Position numbers and translations under genes: made by a program. The notes below the pieces were generated by a model. The model was not told where the DNA came from. It saw nothing but the letters and a program-made list of their open reading frames with translations, and did not search any database. A stretch of 54,810 nt of DNA from Candidatus Altiarchaeota archaeon. Lineage in GTDB: Archaea; Altiarchaeota; Altiarchaeia; IMC4; SCGC-AAA252-I15. This document shows positions 8,513 through 18,744 of this stretch, piece after piece. The stretch's first letter is position 1. Each line of letters opens with the position of its first letter. The stretch covers positions 1-54,810 of the forward strand of contig JAZDMS010000029.1 in assembly GCA_043800705.1 (NCBI GenBank), in the 5' to 3' direction.

Positions 8513-9217
8513 TTATAGCCTGAACCGGAGCATCATCATGTAGGGTATCATCCTCCAGTCCCTGAGCATCCTCACCGAGCTCTTCCGCGCCTCGACCCAC
8601 GTCACCGGGACCTCGACTATCCGGAGGCCCCTCCTCTGGGCGCGTACGAGGATTTCGGTGTCCCAGGAGAAGCCGCGCCGGAGGGTGCTGTCGTAGCCGG
8701 CCTCATCGACGAGGGATAGTATGACCTCCTTCCTGAAGGCCTTCAATCCGACCTGGTGGTCGCGGACCTTCGAGCCGAAGTACAGTCTCGTCAGATGCGC
8801 CGCTCCCCTGCTGAACGCGTCCCTGAAGAGGCTGCGCGCCACCTTCGCGCCCGGGACGTATTTGCTGCCTATGACGATGTCCGCATCCTTCAGGAGTTCC
8901 AGCATCTTCGGCAGGGTCTCCGGCGGGGCGGACAGGTCCGCGTCGATGAACGCGACGAATTCCCCCCTCGCCTGGCCGAACGACGCTGCGAGGTTCTCCC
9001 GCCGGGTGGGGCCGTTGTCGTATCTGAGGTAGCGGACCCGGGGGTCCTGCGCGGCGAACCGTTGCCCTACCGCGGGGGTGCCGTCGTCGGAGGAGTCGTC
9101 GACTATGATGAGCTCCGCCTCGCATCCGCTGAGGGCTTCGAGTATCCGTCTGACGCTTGCTTCGAGTATCAGGGCCTCGTTGTGTGCCGGGACGAATATG
9201 GACAGCATTTTTTTCAT
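8513..9217 (-). CDS. GT2 glycosyltransferase (dolichol-phosphate sugar synthase-like)
   Basis: VPAHNE, IVDDSSDDGT, FIDADLS, DHQVGLKAFR, WDTEIL. Confidence 0.9.
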   Translation of the reverse strand: MKKMLSIFVPAHNEALILEASVRRILEALSGCEAELIIVDDSSDDGTPAVGQRFAAQDPRVRYLRYDNGPTRRENLAASFGQARGEFVAFIDADLSAPPETLPKMLELLKDADIVIGSKYVPGAKVARSLFRDAFSRGAAHLTRLYFGSKVRDHQVGLKAFRKEVILSLVDEAGYDSTLRRGFSWDTEILVRAQRRGLRIVEVPVTWVEARKSSVRMLRDWRMIPYMMMLRFRL

Positions 9218-9269
9218 TCCGCCGATGCGGGGGGATTTCGCTCTTCTTCCATCCTGCACCGGCGCGCAT

Positions 9270-10415
9270 TCACCTGTAGCTTTCCTCGAGGACTTCCTTC
9301 ATGAGCTTCAGCTGTAGGCTGTCGTCGGTCTTCTTCATCGACTCGTCGCGGGACAGCTTCAGCCGCTCGTGCATCGCGGCCCTGATGCAGTCGACGGTCT
9401 CCGGGACGACGATGCTGTCCTGGGGTATGCCTTGGGTTATCCACAGCTCCTTCCCCCGGAACGTGTAGTATGTCCCCATCGAGACGGTGGCCATGAAGAC
9501 GTCGCCGCCGGGGAAGAGGTGGGGCTCGACCTTGTTTATCCGCCTCACACGCTCCCTCAGCTCGCTGGTGGAGTCGAACTCCTCAAGGAGGGAGACGCGG
9601 TTGTCGTCGGCGAATATCCCGTAGAACTCGGACTTCGTCGGTGCCTCGTCGGTGAACGTGACCCTGAGGTCGTGCATGTGCATCGAGCTGACCGGGACCT
9701 TGTAGGCCCGCGAGTGGACTTCGACGTCGAGGACCGTCTGCAGGTCGGGGGCGTGGTGCGACGGGATCTTGAGGCTGACTTCGGTGCCGTCTATCCTGAG
9801 CTTGCTGGACTGGCCCGGGTCCGTGGAGCGCCTGATGAGGGACGCGGTCACGTAGTCGACCTCGTAGCCGGCCTCCATCATGTGCCCGATGACCCTCGCG
9901 AGGCCTGTCGTGTTGCATGAGACGACCCGAAGGTACGGGCTCTTCTTCACAGCCTCGCAGCAGTTCGCATAGCTTGTGCGCGCCGAGAACGAGGCGCCGA
10001 TCTCGGCTTTTTCCCCGCCCTGGAATACGACCCTGAGCCTGTCTTTGTTCTTGCGGTTGTACGGCTCGTACAGTTCCTCCTTGTTGCGCATCCCGTACTT
10101 TTCGCCGGTGCAGTCGACGACGACGTCGGAGACCTTGAACAACTCCTCGACGGGGCCGCCTATGTGCTCCTTCCCGATCTTGTCCTCGAACTCCTTGATG
10201 GCTGCGGGGACGCCTTTTGCACCCTCCTTGGAGGTGGGGTATAGTTTGTGTCCCTTCTTTGCGACCCATTTCGCTACCCAGTCGGGGGAGGTCTTCGCGA
10301 CCCCGGATACGGCCATGTCGTCCTGCTTCTCTATCGCCCATATGACCTTGTGCCCGATGGTGCCGGGGCCGACTACGCCTACTCGGATCTTCGTCATGGT
10401 TTCACCCTCTTGCAT
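9270..10415 (-). CDS. gap: Archaeal type II glyceraldehyde-3-phosphate dehydrogenase
   Basis: [29 protein letters not shown]. Alternative start 10397. Confidence 0.9.
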   Translation of the reverse strand: MQEGETMTKIRVGVVGPGTIGHKVIWAIEKQDDMAVSGVAKTSPDWVAKWVAKKGHKLYPTSKEGAKGVPAAIKEFEDKIGKEHIGGPVEELFKVSDVVVDCTGEKYGMRNKEELYEPYNRKNKDRLRVVFQGGEKAEIGASFSARTSYANCCEAVKKSPYLRVVSCNTTGLARVIGHMMEAGYEVDYVTASLIRRSTDPGQSSKLRIDGTEVSLKIPSHHAPDLQTVLDVEVHSRAYKVPVSSMHMHDLRVTFTDEAPTKSEFYGIFADDNRVSLLEEFDSTSELRERVRRINKVEPHLFPGGDVFMATVSMGTYYTFRGKELWITQGIPQDSIVVPETVDCIRAAMHERLKLSRDESMKKTDDSLQLKLMKEVLEESYR

Positions 10416-11449
10416 ATCTGTTCCCCCATCTCGGCGCAGCCCACCTTCGTCATGCCTTCCGCCATGATGTCGCCGGTCCTGTAGCCTTCCTCGAGGACGG
10501 ACAGGACGGCGGCCTCGATTTTGGCGGCTTCCCTTTCCTTGCCGAATGTGTGCCTCAGCATCATGGCCGCGGAGAGTATCTGCGCTATCGGGTTCGCGAC
10601 CCCCCTGCCTGCGATGTCGGGGGCGCTTCCGTGGATGGGCTCATAGAGTCCGAAGCCCCCCGCACCGAGGCTTGCGGAGGGAAGCATGCCGATGCTGCCT
10701 GTGAGCATGCTCGCCTCGTCGCTGAGTATGTCGCCGAACATGTTGGGGGCGAGGATGACGTCGAACTGGCGCGGGTCCTTGACAAGCTGCATCGCGGCGT
10801 TGTCGACGTACATGTGGGTGAGCTCGACGTTGGGGTATTTTTTGTGCGTTTCGGTGACGACCCGCCTCCAGAAGACCATGCTGGACAGGACGTTGGCCTT
10901 GTCGACGGAGACGACCTTTTTGCCCCGCTTCAGGGCGGCCTCGAAGGCGACCTTCGCGATGCGCTGCACCTCGCGGCGGGTGTAGACCATGGTGTCGAGT
11001 CCCATGTCGTCAGTGATGGTCTTGGGCTGGCCGAAGTAGGCGTCGCCTGTGAGCTCGCGGACTATCAGGATGTCGAGGCCTCCGTGGATGATGTCGGGGC
11101 GGAGGGTGGATGCGGACGCGAGGGGGGGGAGTATCTTGGCTGGGCGGAGGTTGGCGTAGAGGTCGAACATCTTTCTGAGTGGAAGTAGTGCGCCCCTCTC
11201 AGGCTGCTGCTCCGGCGGGAGCTTCTCCCATTTGGGGCCGCCGACGGCGCCGAAGAGGATGCATGAGCTTTTTTTGCAGGCGTCGACTGTCTCCTTCGGC
11301 AGCGCCTTCCCGTGCCGGTCTATGGCGGCGCCGCCGACGTCGGCGGACGCGTACGTATACCCGAGATCGAGCCTGTCGAGGACCTTTATGGCCTCTTCCA
11401 TTATCTCTGGGCCGATGCCGTCTCCCGGTAGGACCGCGACCTGGTTCAT
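10394..11449 (-). CDS. leuB: 3-isopropylmalate dehydrogenase (bacterial-type)
   Basis: [55 protein letters not shown]. Confidence 0.93.
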   Translation of the reverse strand: MNQVAVLPGDGIGPEIMEEAIKVLDRLDLGYTYASADVGGAAIDRHGKALPKETVDACKKSSCILFGAVGGPKWEKLPPEQQPERGALLPLRKMFDLYANLRPAKILPPLASASTLRPDIIHGGLDILIVRELTGDAYFGQPKTITDDMGLDTMVYTRREVQRIAKVAFEAALKRGKKVVSVDKANVLSSMVFWRRVVTETHKKYPNVELTHMYVDNAAMQLVKDPRQFDVILAPNMFGDILSDEASMLTGSIGMLPSASLGAGGFGLYEPIHGSAPDIAGRGVANPIAQILSAAMMLRHTFGKEREAAKIEAAVLSVLEEGYRTGDIMAEGMTKVGCAEMGEQICKRVKP

Positions 11450-11828
11450 GGGAAAAAGGTATTGGGGAAAACGAGGATAAAAGGATTTATCCCCTGCTTT
11501 CCCAGATGTTGCCATGTCGAAGCCGGCTGAGAGGCGGGAGCGCATGCGCGGGGAGCCTCCGAGGAACCTGCCCGATACCGCAGAACTGGGGGCGCTTTTC
11601 CCGGGGCTCCTGATGGAGGGGGGTATTTCCGGCTCCTTGATGCCGAGACCGAAAGGCTTGCGAAGGCGGGCTTTGTGAACCTGAACCCCGAAAACCACCA
11701 CCTCCTTCTGGCCTATGAGCTTGGCGAGGGCTTCAGGAGGGACGGCGACGGAAGCCTCCAGGCGACGCATTGCATATTCGACATGTTCAGGAAGCTCGTC
11801 AGTTGATGCCCGCAGGGATTGGGTGTTT

Positions 11829-13250
11829 TTATCGTTCAACCCGGGGTTTTACCTCGGTCTCTGCTTTTTTTAGGATTGTTTCTATGTCTTGAAGATCGTA
11901 GCATATCACGTCCTTGTCGTCTGTTTTTTTCGAGAACGACTTTGCGAAGACCATATAGCTCTCCTTCCGGTTATCCGGGTTCCACGGCACATGCTTCGAT
12001 TTCTCCCTCAATCGGTTGGCTAGGTCTGCTGCGTCGACGTCGTCCTGCCATTTGCATTCGGCGAAGGTTATCTGCCTTGAAGGTTCCTTCAGGCCTACGA
12101 TGTCTATCTCATATGTGTTTTTACCTTTTTCGCCGTTGAATCTGCCCCATTGCCTGCCGGCGACTTCGAAGCCGAAGCCTTCTTTGAGGGCTTCGAGGCA
12201 GAGTTTCTCGAATGCGGTGCCCATGTAGGTGTTGAAGTCCTGTTTGAAAAGGGAGTACGCCCTCCCACTCATCCCCTGTTCATGGTAGGATTCGTATCTT
12301 TTGACGAACCTGAACCAGAAGCGCAGATAGTTGTTTTTGATTGAGTATATCCCCCGCCTGGACTTTAGGGGGGTGATGACGGGATTAATTTTGCTTATGA
12401 GATGGTATTCGCGCCGTAGGATGTCGATATAGCGGTTTGCCATCGTTGAGTTGTCGTCGAAGACGGAGGCTATCTCCGACAGGGTCGTTTTACCGCATGC
12501 TATCGCCTCCATCACGGTGAAATATGTCTTATATTCGCCTCCGAATTCGCTCACAAGCATGGAGTTGCCTTCGTCAAGCATGGACCTGAAGTCTGAGAAC
12601 TGAAGCTCCATGAGTTCGTCGAATGACTTAGGCGACAACCGCCCTATGAGGCTGTAGTGTCTGGGCAGCCCCCCAAACACGGCCCAGAACTTTATCTTCT
12701 CTTCAGTGTCCTTTATGCCCTGGTCTTCGAGCATCTGGAACACGGCCTTAGGTTCGAGTTCGTCGAGGGTGATTTCCAAGTCCCTCCGTCCGTACAATGC
12801 CTTCGAGTAATCTGAGAATATCTTTTTTATCAGGGAATAACTTGAGCCTGCAAAGAACATGCATAGTCTCTTCTCAGCGGCCTTGTATTCGTCTATTAGC
12901 TTCTGGATATCCGAGTATGCGGATTTGTCGGTGTGGTAAAAGTTCTGGAATTCGTCGAAGAAGACATACTCATATCTTTCGAAGACGTATCTCATGAAGT
13001 CGCTGATGGAGGAGAATCGTGGTATGTTCAGCTCTTTGGACATTTCCTCCAGGAAAAGGCCTGGGGACTTGTCTTTTGGGACGAAGATGTATGCGTATTC
13101 CTTGCCTTTCAGGGACTCTATGGCCAGGCTGGTTTTGCCGATCTGCCTAATCCCCTTCAGGAGAATTACTTTGGTGCCGTTACCGGTCATGACCCGTTCT
13201 ATGAGGCGTAGTTCCCTTACACGATTGTAGAATTTCACACAAACACCCAC
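11829..13250 (-). CDS. Archaeal ATPase (DEXX-box/DUF234 type) with C-terminal PD-(D/E)xK-like domain
   Basis: Walker [32 protein letters not shown]...AECKW. Confidence 0.88.
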   Translation of the reverse strand: MGVCVKFYNRVRELRLIERVMTGNGTKVILLKGIRQIGKTSLAIESLKGKEYAYIFVPKDKSPGLFLEEMSKELNIPRFSSISDFMRYVFERYEYVFFDEFQNFYHTDKSAYSDIQKLIDEYKAAEKRLCMFFAGSSYSLIKKIFSDYSKALYGRRDLEITLDELEPKAVFQMLEDQGIKDTEEKIKFWAVFGGLPRHYSLIGRLSPKSFDELMELQFSDFRSMLDEGNSMLVSEFGGEYKTYFTVMEAIACGKTTLSEIASVFDDNSTMANRYIDILRREYHLISKINPVITPLKSRRGIYSIKNNYLRFWFRFVKRYESYHEQGMSGRAYSLFKQDFNTYMGTAFEKLCLEALKEGFGFEVAGRQWGRFNGEKGKNTYEIDIVGLKEPSRQITFAECKWQDDVDAADLANRLREKSKHVPWNPDNRKESYMVFAKSFSKKTDDKDVICYDLQDIETILKKAETEVKPRVER

Positions 13251-13254
13251 CTAA

Positions 13255-13286
13255 TATACACACTATGTATTATACACAACATGTAT
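13255..13286. promoter_or_regulatory. Tandem palindromic operator-like sites upstream of the ATPase gene
   Basis: TATACACACTATGTAT followed by TATACACAACATGTAT: two 16-bp repeats, each ATACA-N5-TGTAT, next to an AT-rich TATA-like box. Confidence 0.55.
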
Positions 13287-13312
13287 ATAAATATAAAACA
13301 TGGTTTCAGCGC

Positions 13313-13810
13313 CTATGAACCCTTTTTCAGCCTTTTTTTAGTGTATTCAACAAGGCCTCCTTCTTCGATGAGTTTTAGGAGGAATCCGGGTAGGGCCTTG
13401 AACGCGTATTCCTTCCCGGTCCGCAGGTTCTTCACGGTCCCAGCCTTGTAGTCGACTTCGACCTCGTCGCCGTCCCTGGCCTCGATCTTGCATTCGACGA
13501 GGGGTAGGCCGATGTTTATGCTGTTTCTGTAGAATATCCTGGCGAAGCTCCCTGCGATGACGCACTTTATGCCGCAGCCCATGAGGGCGCGGGGGGCGTG
13601 CTCCCTTGAGCTGCCGCATCCGAAGTTGCCGGCGGCGACGATGATGTCGCCTTCCCTGACCTGCCCGGCGAACTCCGGCCGCACCTTCTCGAACGCGTGC
13701 GCGCCGAGCTCCTTGGGGTCGCCTGTGACCAGGTATTCCGCGGGGATTACCTGGTCGGTGTCGACGTTGGAGCCGAACACCCAGACCCTCCCCTTAATCT
13801 TGCTTTCCAT
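13313..13810 (-). CDS. leuD: 3-isopropylmalate dehydratase small subunit
   Basis: NVDTDQVIPA, NFGCGSSREHA, SFARIFYRNSINIGLP. Confidence 0.93.
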   Translation of the reverse strand: MESKIKGRVWVFGSNVDTDQVIPAEYLVTGDPKELGAHAFEKVRPEFAGQVREGDIIVAAGNFGCGSSREHAPRALMGCGIKCVIAGSFARIFYRNSINIGLPLVECKIEARDGDEVEVDYKAGTVKNLRTGKEYAFKALPGFLLKLIEEGGLVEYTKKRLKKGS

Positions 13811-13921
13811 TGTGTTCCCCTATTTTGAAAAGTGAGACTTTTGCCTGAGCGAAATCCTCTTCATTTGCCTTGGACTGTTTGGACAGCCCCTTTAGAGACG
13901 CTAGTTTTTCTTTATTTGGAT

Positions 13922-14479
13922 TCATGTCATTTCACCAACTCTGAGGCATTCATCCGATTTCTTTACCGTCACGCCCATGTTCTCCATGTCCTTCAGGTTC
14001 ACACTCTGCGTCTCCTCCGTCGCGGACGCGGTCGCATCAGACAGCACCACGACGTCGTAGTCGAGGCATACGGCATCGACTGCCGTTGCCCTTATGCAGT
14101 TTGGCGTCTGGACGCCCGCGATGACGACGGAGTCCACCTTCAGCCTGCGCAGGAGCATGTCGAGGTCGGTCTGGAAGAATCCCGAGAACCTCCTCTTCTT
14201 CACAATGTATTCCCCGTCCAGGGGATAGAGTTCCTCGATCACTTCTTCCCCTTCGGTGCCTTCGACCAGGAACGGCCCGTCCTCGAACTTCTTGAGCCTG
14301 AACCTTTCGACGTCTGAGCCGTCGGCGCGGTGGGCCCTTACGATGTGGACGACGGGCTTCCCCGCCTTGCGGCAGGCATTCAGGACCTCCCCGATTTTAG
14401 GCACTACATCCTTCGCGAAGGGCAGCATCTCATGGACGACGTCGTTCTGCATGTCGATTATGATGAGGGCGTCTTTCAT
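13922..14479 (-). CDS. Isochorismatase-like cysteine hydrolase
   Basis: ALIIIDMQND, KRRFSGFFQTDL, GVQTPNCIRATA. Confidence 0.9.
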   Translation of the reverse strand: MKDALIIIDMQNDVVHEMLPFAKDVVPKIGEVLNACRKAGKPVVHIVRAHRADGSDVERFRLKKFEDGPFLVEGTEGEEVIEELYPLDGEYIVKKRRFSGFFQTDLDMLLRRLKVDSVVIAGVQTPNCIRATAVDAVCLDYDVVVLSDATASATEETQSVNLKDMENMGVTVKKSDECLRVGEMT

Positions 14480-14498
14480 CTTAGCCTGGTTCGGGGGT

Positions 14499-14903
14499 TC
14501 ATTTTTTCGCCTGTATCCCGTATCGCCTGAACATGTCGGCTCTGGCCCCGTCCAGTGCCGCGGGCTCCTGCAGGTATCGCCGGTAGGCGTTGCGCAGCTC
14601 AAGGCTTGCGGGCCCTTCCTCGAGGTTGCGCAGGGCCTCCAGGACCTGTACGTTCCAAACCCTGACATCACCCCCATCAGGGAGCCTCTGGTGCTCGAGC
14701 GCGAAGAGGACGGACAAGTCCTTTGCTCGCTGGCCTTTGAGCTCGTCATAGCTCTGGGAGACGGATTCCTGCATCCTCCTGGCGGCCTCCGCCCATGCCC
14801 CCTTGGCCATCAGTGTCTCGACGGTCTCTAGGAGTTCGACCTTTGGCTTATCCTGTGCGCCGGCCTGCGCCGGCCCCTGTGTGTTCCTTTTCCTTGCGTT
14901 CAT
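14499..14903 (-). CDS. Hypothetical protein
   Basis: Fills the gap between leuC and the hydrolase on the same strand; helical, plausible RBS. Confidence 0.55.
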   Translation of the reverse strand: MNARKRNTQGPAQAGAQDKPKVELLETVETLMAKGAWAEAARRMQESVSQSYDELKGQRAKDLSVLFALEHQRLPDGGDVRVWNVQVLEALRNLEEGPASLELRNAYRRYLQEPAALDGARADMFRRYGIQAKK

Positions 14904-14906
14904 GGT

Positions 14907-16163
14907 TCATCTCCTCTTCAATTGGTTCGGGTCCGTTATCTTCCCGGTTATCGCGGATGCCGCGACGACCGCGGGGTTCGCCAGATACACCCTGCTGCTC
15001 TTGTGGCCCATGCGGCCTATGAAGTTGCGGTTCGTCGTGGAGACGCAGACCTCCCCGTCGGCGAGGATGCCCATGTATCCCCCCAGGCATGCGCCGCACG
15101 TCGGACCCGATATGTAGGCTTTGGCCCTGCTGAATATGTCGTACAGGCCCTCCTTGATCATCTGGTCCATTATCGCATGCGAGGCGGGGACTATGATGAG
15201 CCTTACGCCGTCTTTGACCTCCCTGCCCTTGAGCATCTTCGCAGCGACGCGGAAGTCCTCTATGCGGCCGTTGGTGCAGGAGCCGATGTAAGCCTGGTCG
15301 ATCGCGACGCCGACCTCGGATGCCGGCTTCGCGTTCTCGGGAAGGAACGGCTCCGCGACGGTGCAGGGTATGTCCGTCGCATCGTATTCGAATCTCTCGG
15401 AGTATATGGCGTCCCTGTCGCTGAACACGGCCTTGTATCCGCCCCTTACGCGGCCTTTGAGGTAGTCGTCGACCTTCCGGTCCGGCGGGACGATGCCTGC
15501 CTTGGCTCCGGCCTCGATGGCCATGTTGGATATGGTTATCCTGTCCGCGAGCTGCAGCGACCTGATGGCGGAGCCGTACCATTCCATGCTCTTGTAAAGG
15601 GAGCCGTCGACTCCGAGCTCCCCTATCGCGTGTAGGATTATGTCCTTGCCCATGACGTATTTGCCGAGCCTGCCTTCGACCGTGAACTTCTGGGATTCGG
15701 GGACGCGGAACCAGAGCTTCCCGGACGCCATGGCGCAGGCGGCCTCGGTGCTGCCGATGCCGGTTGCGAACGCCCCGAGGGCGCCGTAGCTGCAGGTGTG
15801 GCTGTCTGCGCCGACTATGAGCCTGCCGGGGGCGACGTATCCCTGCTCTATCATGAGCTGGTGGCATACGCCGCTTCTGCCGACCTCGTAGTAGTTGGTG
15901 AGCCTGTGTTTCTTCGCGAACAGGCGCATCGCCTTCGCCTGCTCCGCTGACGCGACGTCCTTGTTGGGGACGTAGTGGTCGGGTATGAGGACGGATATCC
16001 CGTCTTTGGGCGGGGCTTCGAGCCTGTCGAAGACCCCGAACGCGGGAAGGCCTGTGACGTCGTTGACCATGACGTAGTCGACTTCGGCCTCGACGATCTG
16101 CCCTGGCTCGACCTCCTTGAGGCCAGACTTGGCTGCCAGTATCTTCTCGGAGATCGTAGCCAT
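14907..16163 (-). CDS. leuC: 3-isopropylmalate dehydratase large subunit (archaeal LeuC/HacA type)
   Basis: DHYVP, GADSHTC, IGSCTNGR, CGACLG, STTNRNFIGRMG. Confidence 0.92.
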   Translation of the reverse strand: MATISEKILAAKSGLKEVEPGQIVEAEVDYVMVNDVTGLPAFGVFDRLEAPPKDGISVLIPDHYVPNKDVASAEQAKAMRLFAKKHRLTNYYEVGRSGVCHQLMIEQGYVAPGRLIVGADSHTCSYGALGAFATGIGSTEAACAMASGKLWFRVPESQKFTVEGRLGKYVMGKDIILHAIGELGVDGSLYKSMEWYGSAIRSLQLADRITISNMAIEAGAKAGIVPPDRKVDDYLKGRVRGGYKAVFSDRDAIYSERFEYDATDIPCTVAEPFLPENAKPASEVGVAIDQAYIGSCTNGRIEDFRVAAKMLKGREVKDGVRLIIVPASHAIMDQMIKEGLYDIFSRAKAYISGPTCGACLGGYMGILADGEVCVSTTNRNFIGRMGHKSSRVYLANPAVVAASAITGKITDPNQLKRR

Positions 16164-16217
16164 AATGGAATACATACGTCATTGGTGTTTTAATATATTG
16201 CAATATCAGGTTCTGCC

Positions 16218-16343
16218 ATGTGCGGCAGCTTCGGGGGAGGCTTGGCCTCCGGGAGGCGTTCGCTCAGGCGGGACGGGTCCCTTACGGAATCCGAGGCGGA
16301 GGAGATAATCAAGTCACGGATGGGGAAGGCTGCCGCAGCTTAA
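16218..16343 (+). CDS. Possible 41-aa small protein
   Basis: MCGSFGGGLASGRRSLRRDGSLTESEAEEIIKSRMGKAAAA*, downstream of an AT-rich box divergent from leuC. Confidence 0.3.
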   Translation: MCGSFGGGLASGRRSLRRDGSLTESEAEEIIKSRMGKAAAA

Positions 16344-16358
16344 GCGCCGAATGGGTGA

Positions 16359-17213
16359 TCACAGTTCCCCGATGACCCGTATGCCTATGCTGACGTCGAG
16401 TCCGAGCTTTCTCTCCAGGCCGTCGCTTACCCTTTTCACGAGGGTTATCACGTCGTCGGCCTTGGCTCCCCCCACGTTGACGACGTAGTTGGGCTGCTTC
16501 GCCCACAGCGCAGCGCCGCCAATCCTGAGCCCCGCGAGGCCGCATCTTTCGATGAGCAGCGCGGTGGAGTCCCCCCCGACGTTCTCGAACATGCGGCATG
16601 CCTTTTTTCCGACGGGCAGCGAGTTGGCGCGCTGGGCCGTTTGGGAGTCCAGGGCCTGCCGTATGCCAGCAGACGGTTGGAGGCCGGTGAGGTCGAATTT
16701 GACGCTGAGTATCGTCCCTCCCCAGTACCCCCGCTTGTAGGAGAAGCCGACATCCTTTTGGGGTATCTCGACCACGATGCCTTCCGAGTCGACAGCCATT
16801 ATGGAGTGGATGAACTGCCCGATGGAGGTGCCCTTGTAGCTTGCGTTGGTGTATGCAGCCCCACCGATCGTGCCGGGTATCCCGTAGAGCTTCTCCATCC
16901 CGCCAAGCCAGCGCTCCGCCAGCATGTCGATGAAACGGGCCAGCTGGACCCCGGCCTCGGCTTCGGCGATCTGCTTCCTGAAGTCGACGAACCCCATCTC
17001 AGAGGTCACTATGACGCATCCGCGGAATCCCTTGTCGCTGAAGAGGACCGCGGACCCGGAGCCGACGACGACGTAGTCCAGGCCGCTTGCATTGCAGAAG
17101 CCTATCGCCTCCACCAGCTCCCCCACGTCTTTGGGCATCATCAGGGCGTCTGCGTCGCCGCCTATGCCCAGGCTCGAGTGGTTGCTGAGCGGTTTGTTGG
17201 TTCTTATCCTCAT
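16359..17213 (-). CDS. MurB-like FAD-binding protein (UDP-N-acetylenolpyruvoylglucosamine reductase fold), degenerate motifs
   Basis: GIGGDA, GSGSAVLFSDKG, GIPGTIGGAAYTNA, LIERCGLAGLRIGGA, NYVVNVGGAKADDV match MurB architecture. Confidence 0.8.
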   Translation of the reverse strand: MRIRTNKPLSNHSSLGIGGDADALMMPKDVGELVEAIGFCNASGLDYVVVGSGSAVLFSDKGFRGCVIVTSEMGFVDFRKQIAEAEAGVQLARFIDMLAERWLGGMEKLYGIPGTIGGAAYTNASYKGTSIGQFIHSIMAVDSEGIVVEIPQKDVGFSYKRGYWGGTILSVKFDLTGLQPSAGIRQALDSQTAQRANSLPVGKKACRMFENVGGDSTALLIERCGLAGLRIGGAALWAKQPNYVVNVGGAKADDVITLVKRVSDGLERKLGLDVSIGIRVIGEL

Positions 17214-17236
17214 GTTCTTCGACCCCGGAGCCCTGC

Positions 17237-18721
17237 CTATGCCGCGGTCTGCCGCATGATGATGGCGTTTATTCCGTTTATCATGGCGTCGACGGAGGCC
17301 AATACTATGTCGGTGCCGGCGCCTTCGGCTGTGTAGAGCTTCCCCTTGCTTTTCAGGGTGACGAGTATCCGCACTACGGCGTCGGCTCCGCCGGAGACGG
17401 CGTCGACGTGGTATTCCTTCAGCTCGAAGGGGACGTCCTTCGTCGCCGCCCTTATGGCGCGTATCGCCGCATCCACGGGCCCGTCCCCTTCGCCGGTTTC
17501 TGTGACCTTCCGCCCGTTTATCTCGAGCTTCACCGTCGCGGAGGGGACGATCTTGTTCCCTGCGGTTGCGACGAGCTCAAGGAGCCTTATCGGCTTCTCG
17601 CGCTTGAGCCCCATCGCGCTATGGGCGAGGGTGTCCAGGTCTACGGAGGTCACGTGCTTGCCCTTGTCCCCCATCTCCTTGACCTTGTCGAACACCTCCC
17701 GCATCTGCCCGTCGGACATCTTGAATCCCGCGTCTTCTAGCATCTTCCTGACGCTCTTGAAGCCGACGTGCTTGCCGAGGACGAACCTCCTTTTGGCGCC
17801 GACTATCTCCGGCTTGATCGGCTCGTACGTGCTCGGCTTCTTCAGTATCCCGTCGACGTGTATGCCCGCCTCGTGGGTGAAGGCGTTCTCCCCGACTATG
17901 GGCTTGTTCGGCGGCACGTTTATGCCGGTGAGCCTCTCCACCAGGTGGCTTATCCGGTTGAGCCCCTCTATCCGTATCCTGAACTTGTGCCCCGTGGTCA
18001 GCCTCAGCGCCACAGCCACCTCCTCGAGTGCCGTGTTTCCCGCCCGCTCGCCGAGGCCGTTGACGGTGACGTTGACGCACCTTGCGCCGTGCTTCACCGC
18101 AGTCAGCGTGTTGGCGGTCCCCATGCCGAAGTCGTCGTGGCAGTGGACTCCCACCGGCAACTTCGCCCGGGCGGCGACCTTCTCGAAGAGGACCGCGGTC
18201 CGCTCGGGGGTGAGGATGCCGACGGTGTCTGCGACGGTGAACCTGTCGGCCTTCGCGGCATATGCCGCATCCATGACCTTAAGGAGGTAGTCAGGGTCGC
18301 TCCTGGAGCCGTCCTCGCAGCAGAGGTCTACCCTGAGCCCGTGGTCTTTGCAGTATTCGGTCATATCCGTGACCTCCCGCAGGACCTTCTCCCGCGTGCT
18401 CTTCAGCTTCCACTTTATGTGCAGGTCCGACGTGGGCGCGACGAGGAATATGCAGTCCACGTCGCATGAGAGGGCGAGGTCTATGTCCGCCTTCATGATC
18501 CTCGCGAAGCTGGCGACCTCCGCATCCAGTCCGGCGTTCGCCACGGCCTTGATGCTCGCGCGCTCCCCCTCGCTGGTGCATGCGCTGCCGGCCTCTATGA
18601 TGTCCACGCCGAGCCTGTCCAGGGCGCCTGCTATCTTGAGCTTGTCTTCCGTGGAAAGGGAAACTCCGGGCGTCTGTTCGCCGTCCCTGAGTGTCGTGTC
18701 CAAAAACAGTATTTGAGCCAT
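17237..18721 (-). CDS. (R)-citramalate synthase / 2-isopropylmalate synthase (CimA/LeuA family)
   Basis: DTTLRDGEQTPG, HCHDDFG, GLGERAGN, HEAGIHVDG, C-terminal GDGPVDA regulatory domain. Confidence 0.92.
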   Translation of the reverse strand: MAQILFLDTTLRDGEQTPGVSLSTEDKLKIAGALDRLGVDIIEAGSACTSEGERASIKAVANAGLDAEVASFARIMKADIDLALSCDVDCIFLVAPTSDLHIKWKLKSTREKVLREVTDMTEYCKDHGLRVDLCCEDGSRSDPDYLLKVMDAAYAAKADRFTVADTVGILTPERTAVLFEKVAARAKLPVGVHCHDDFGMGTANTLTAVKHGARCVNVTVNGLGERAGNTALEEVAVALRLTTGHKFRIRIEGLNRISHLVERLTGINVPPNKPIVGENAFTHEAGIHVDGILKKPSTYEPIKPEIVGAKRRFVLGKHVGFKSVRKMLEDAGFKMSDGQMREVFDKVKEMGDKGKHVTSVDLDTLAHSAMGLKREKPIRLLELVATAGNKIVPSATVKLEINGRKVTETGEGDGPVDAAIRAIRAATKDVPFELKEYHVDAVSGGADAVVRILVTLKSKGKLYTAEGAGTDIVLASVDAMINGINAIIMRQTAA

Positions 18722-18744
18722 TTTATGTGGTGTATATGTGATGG

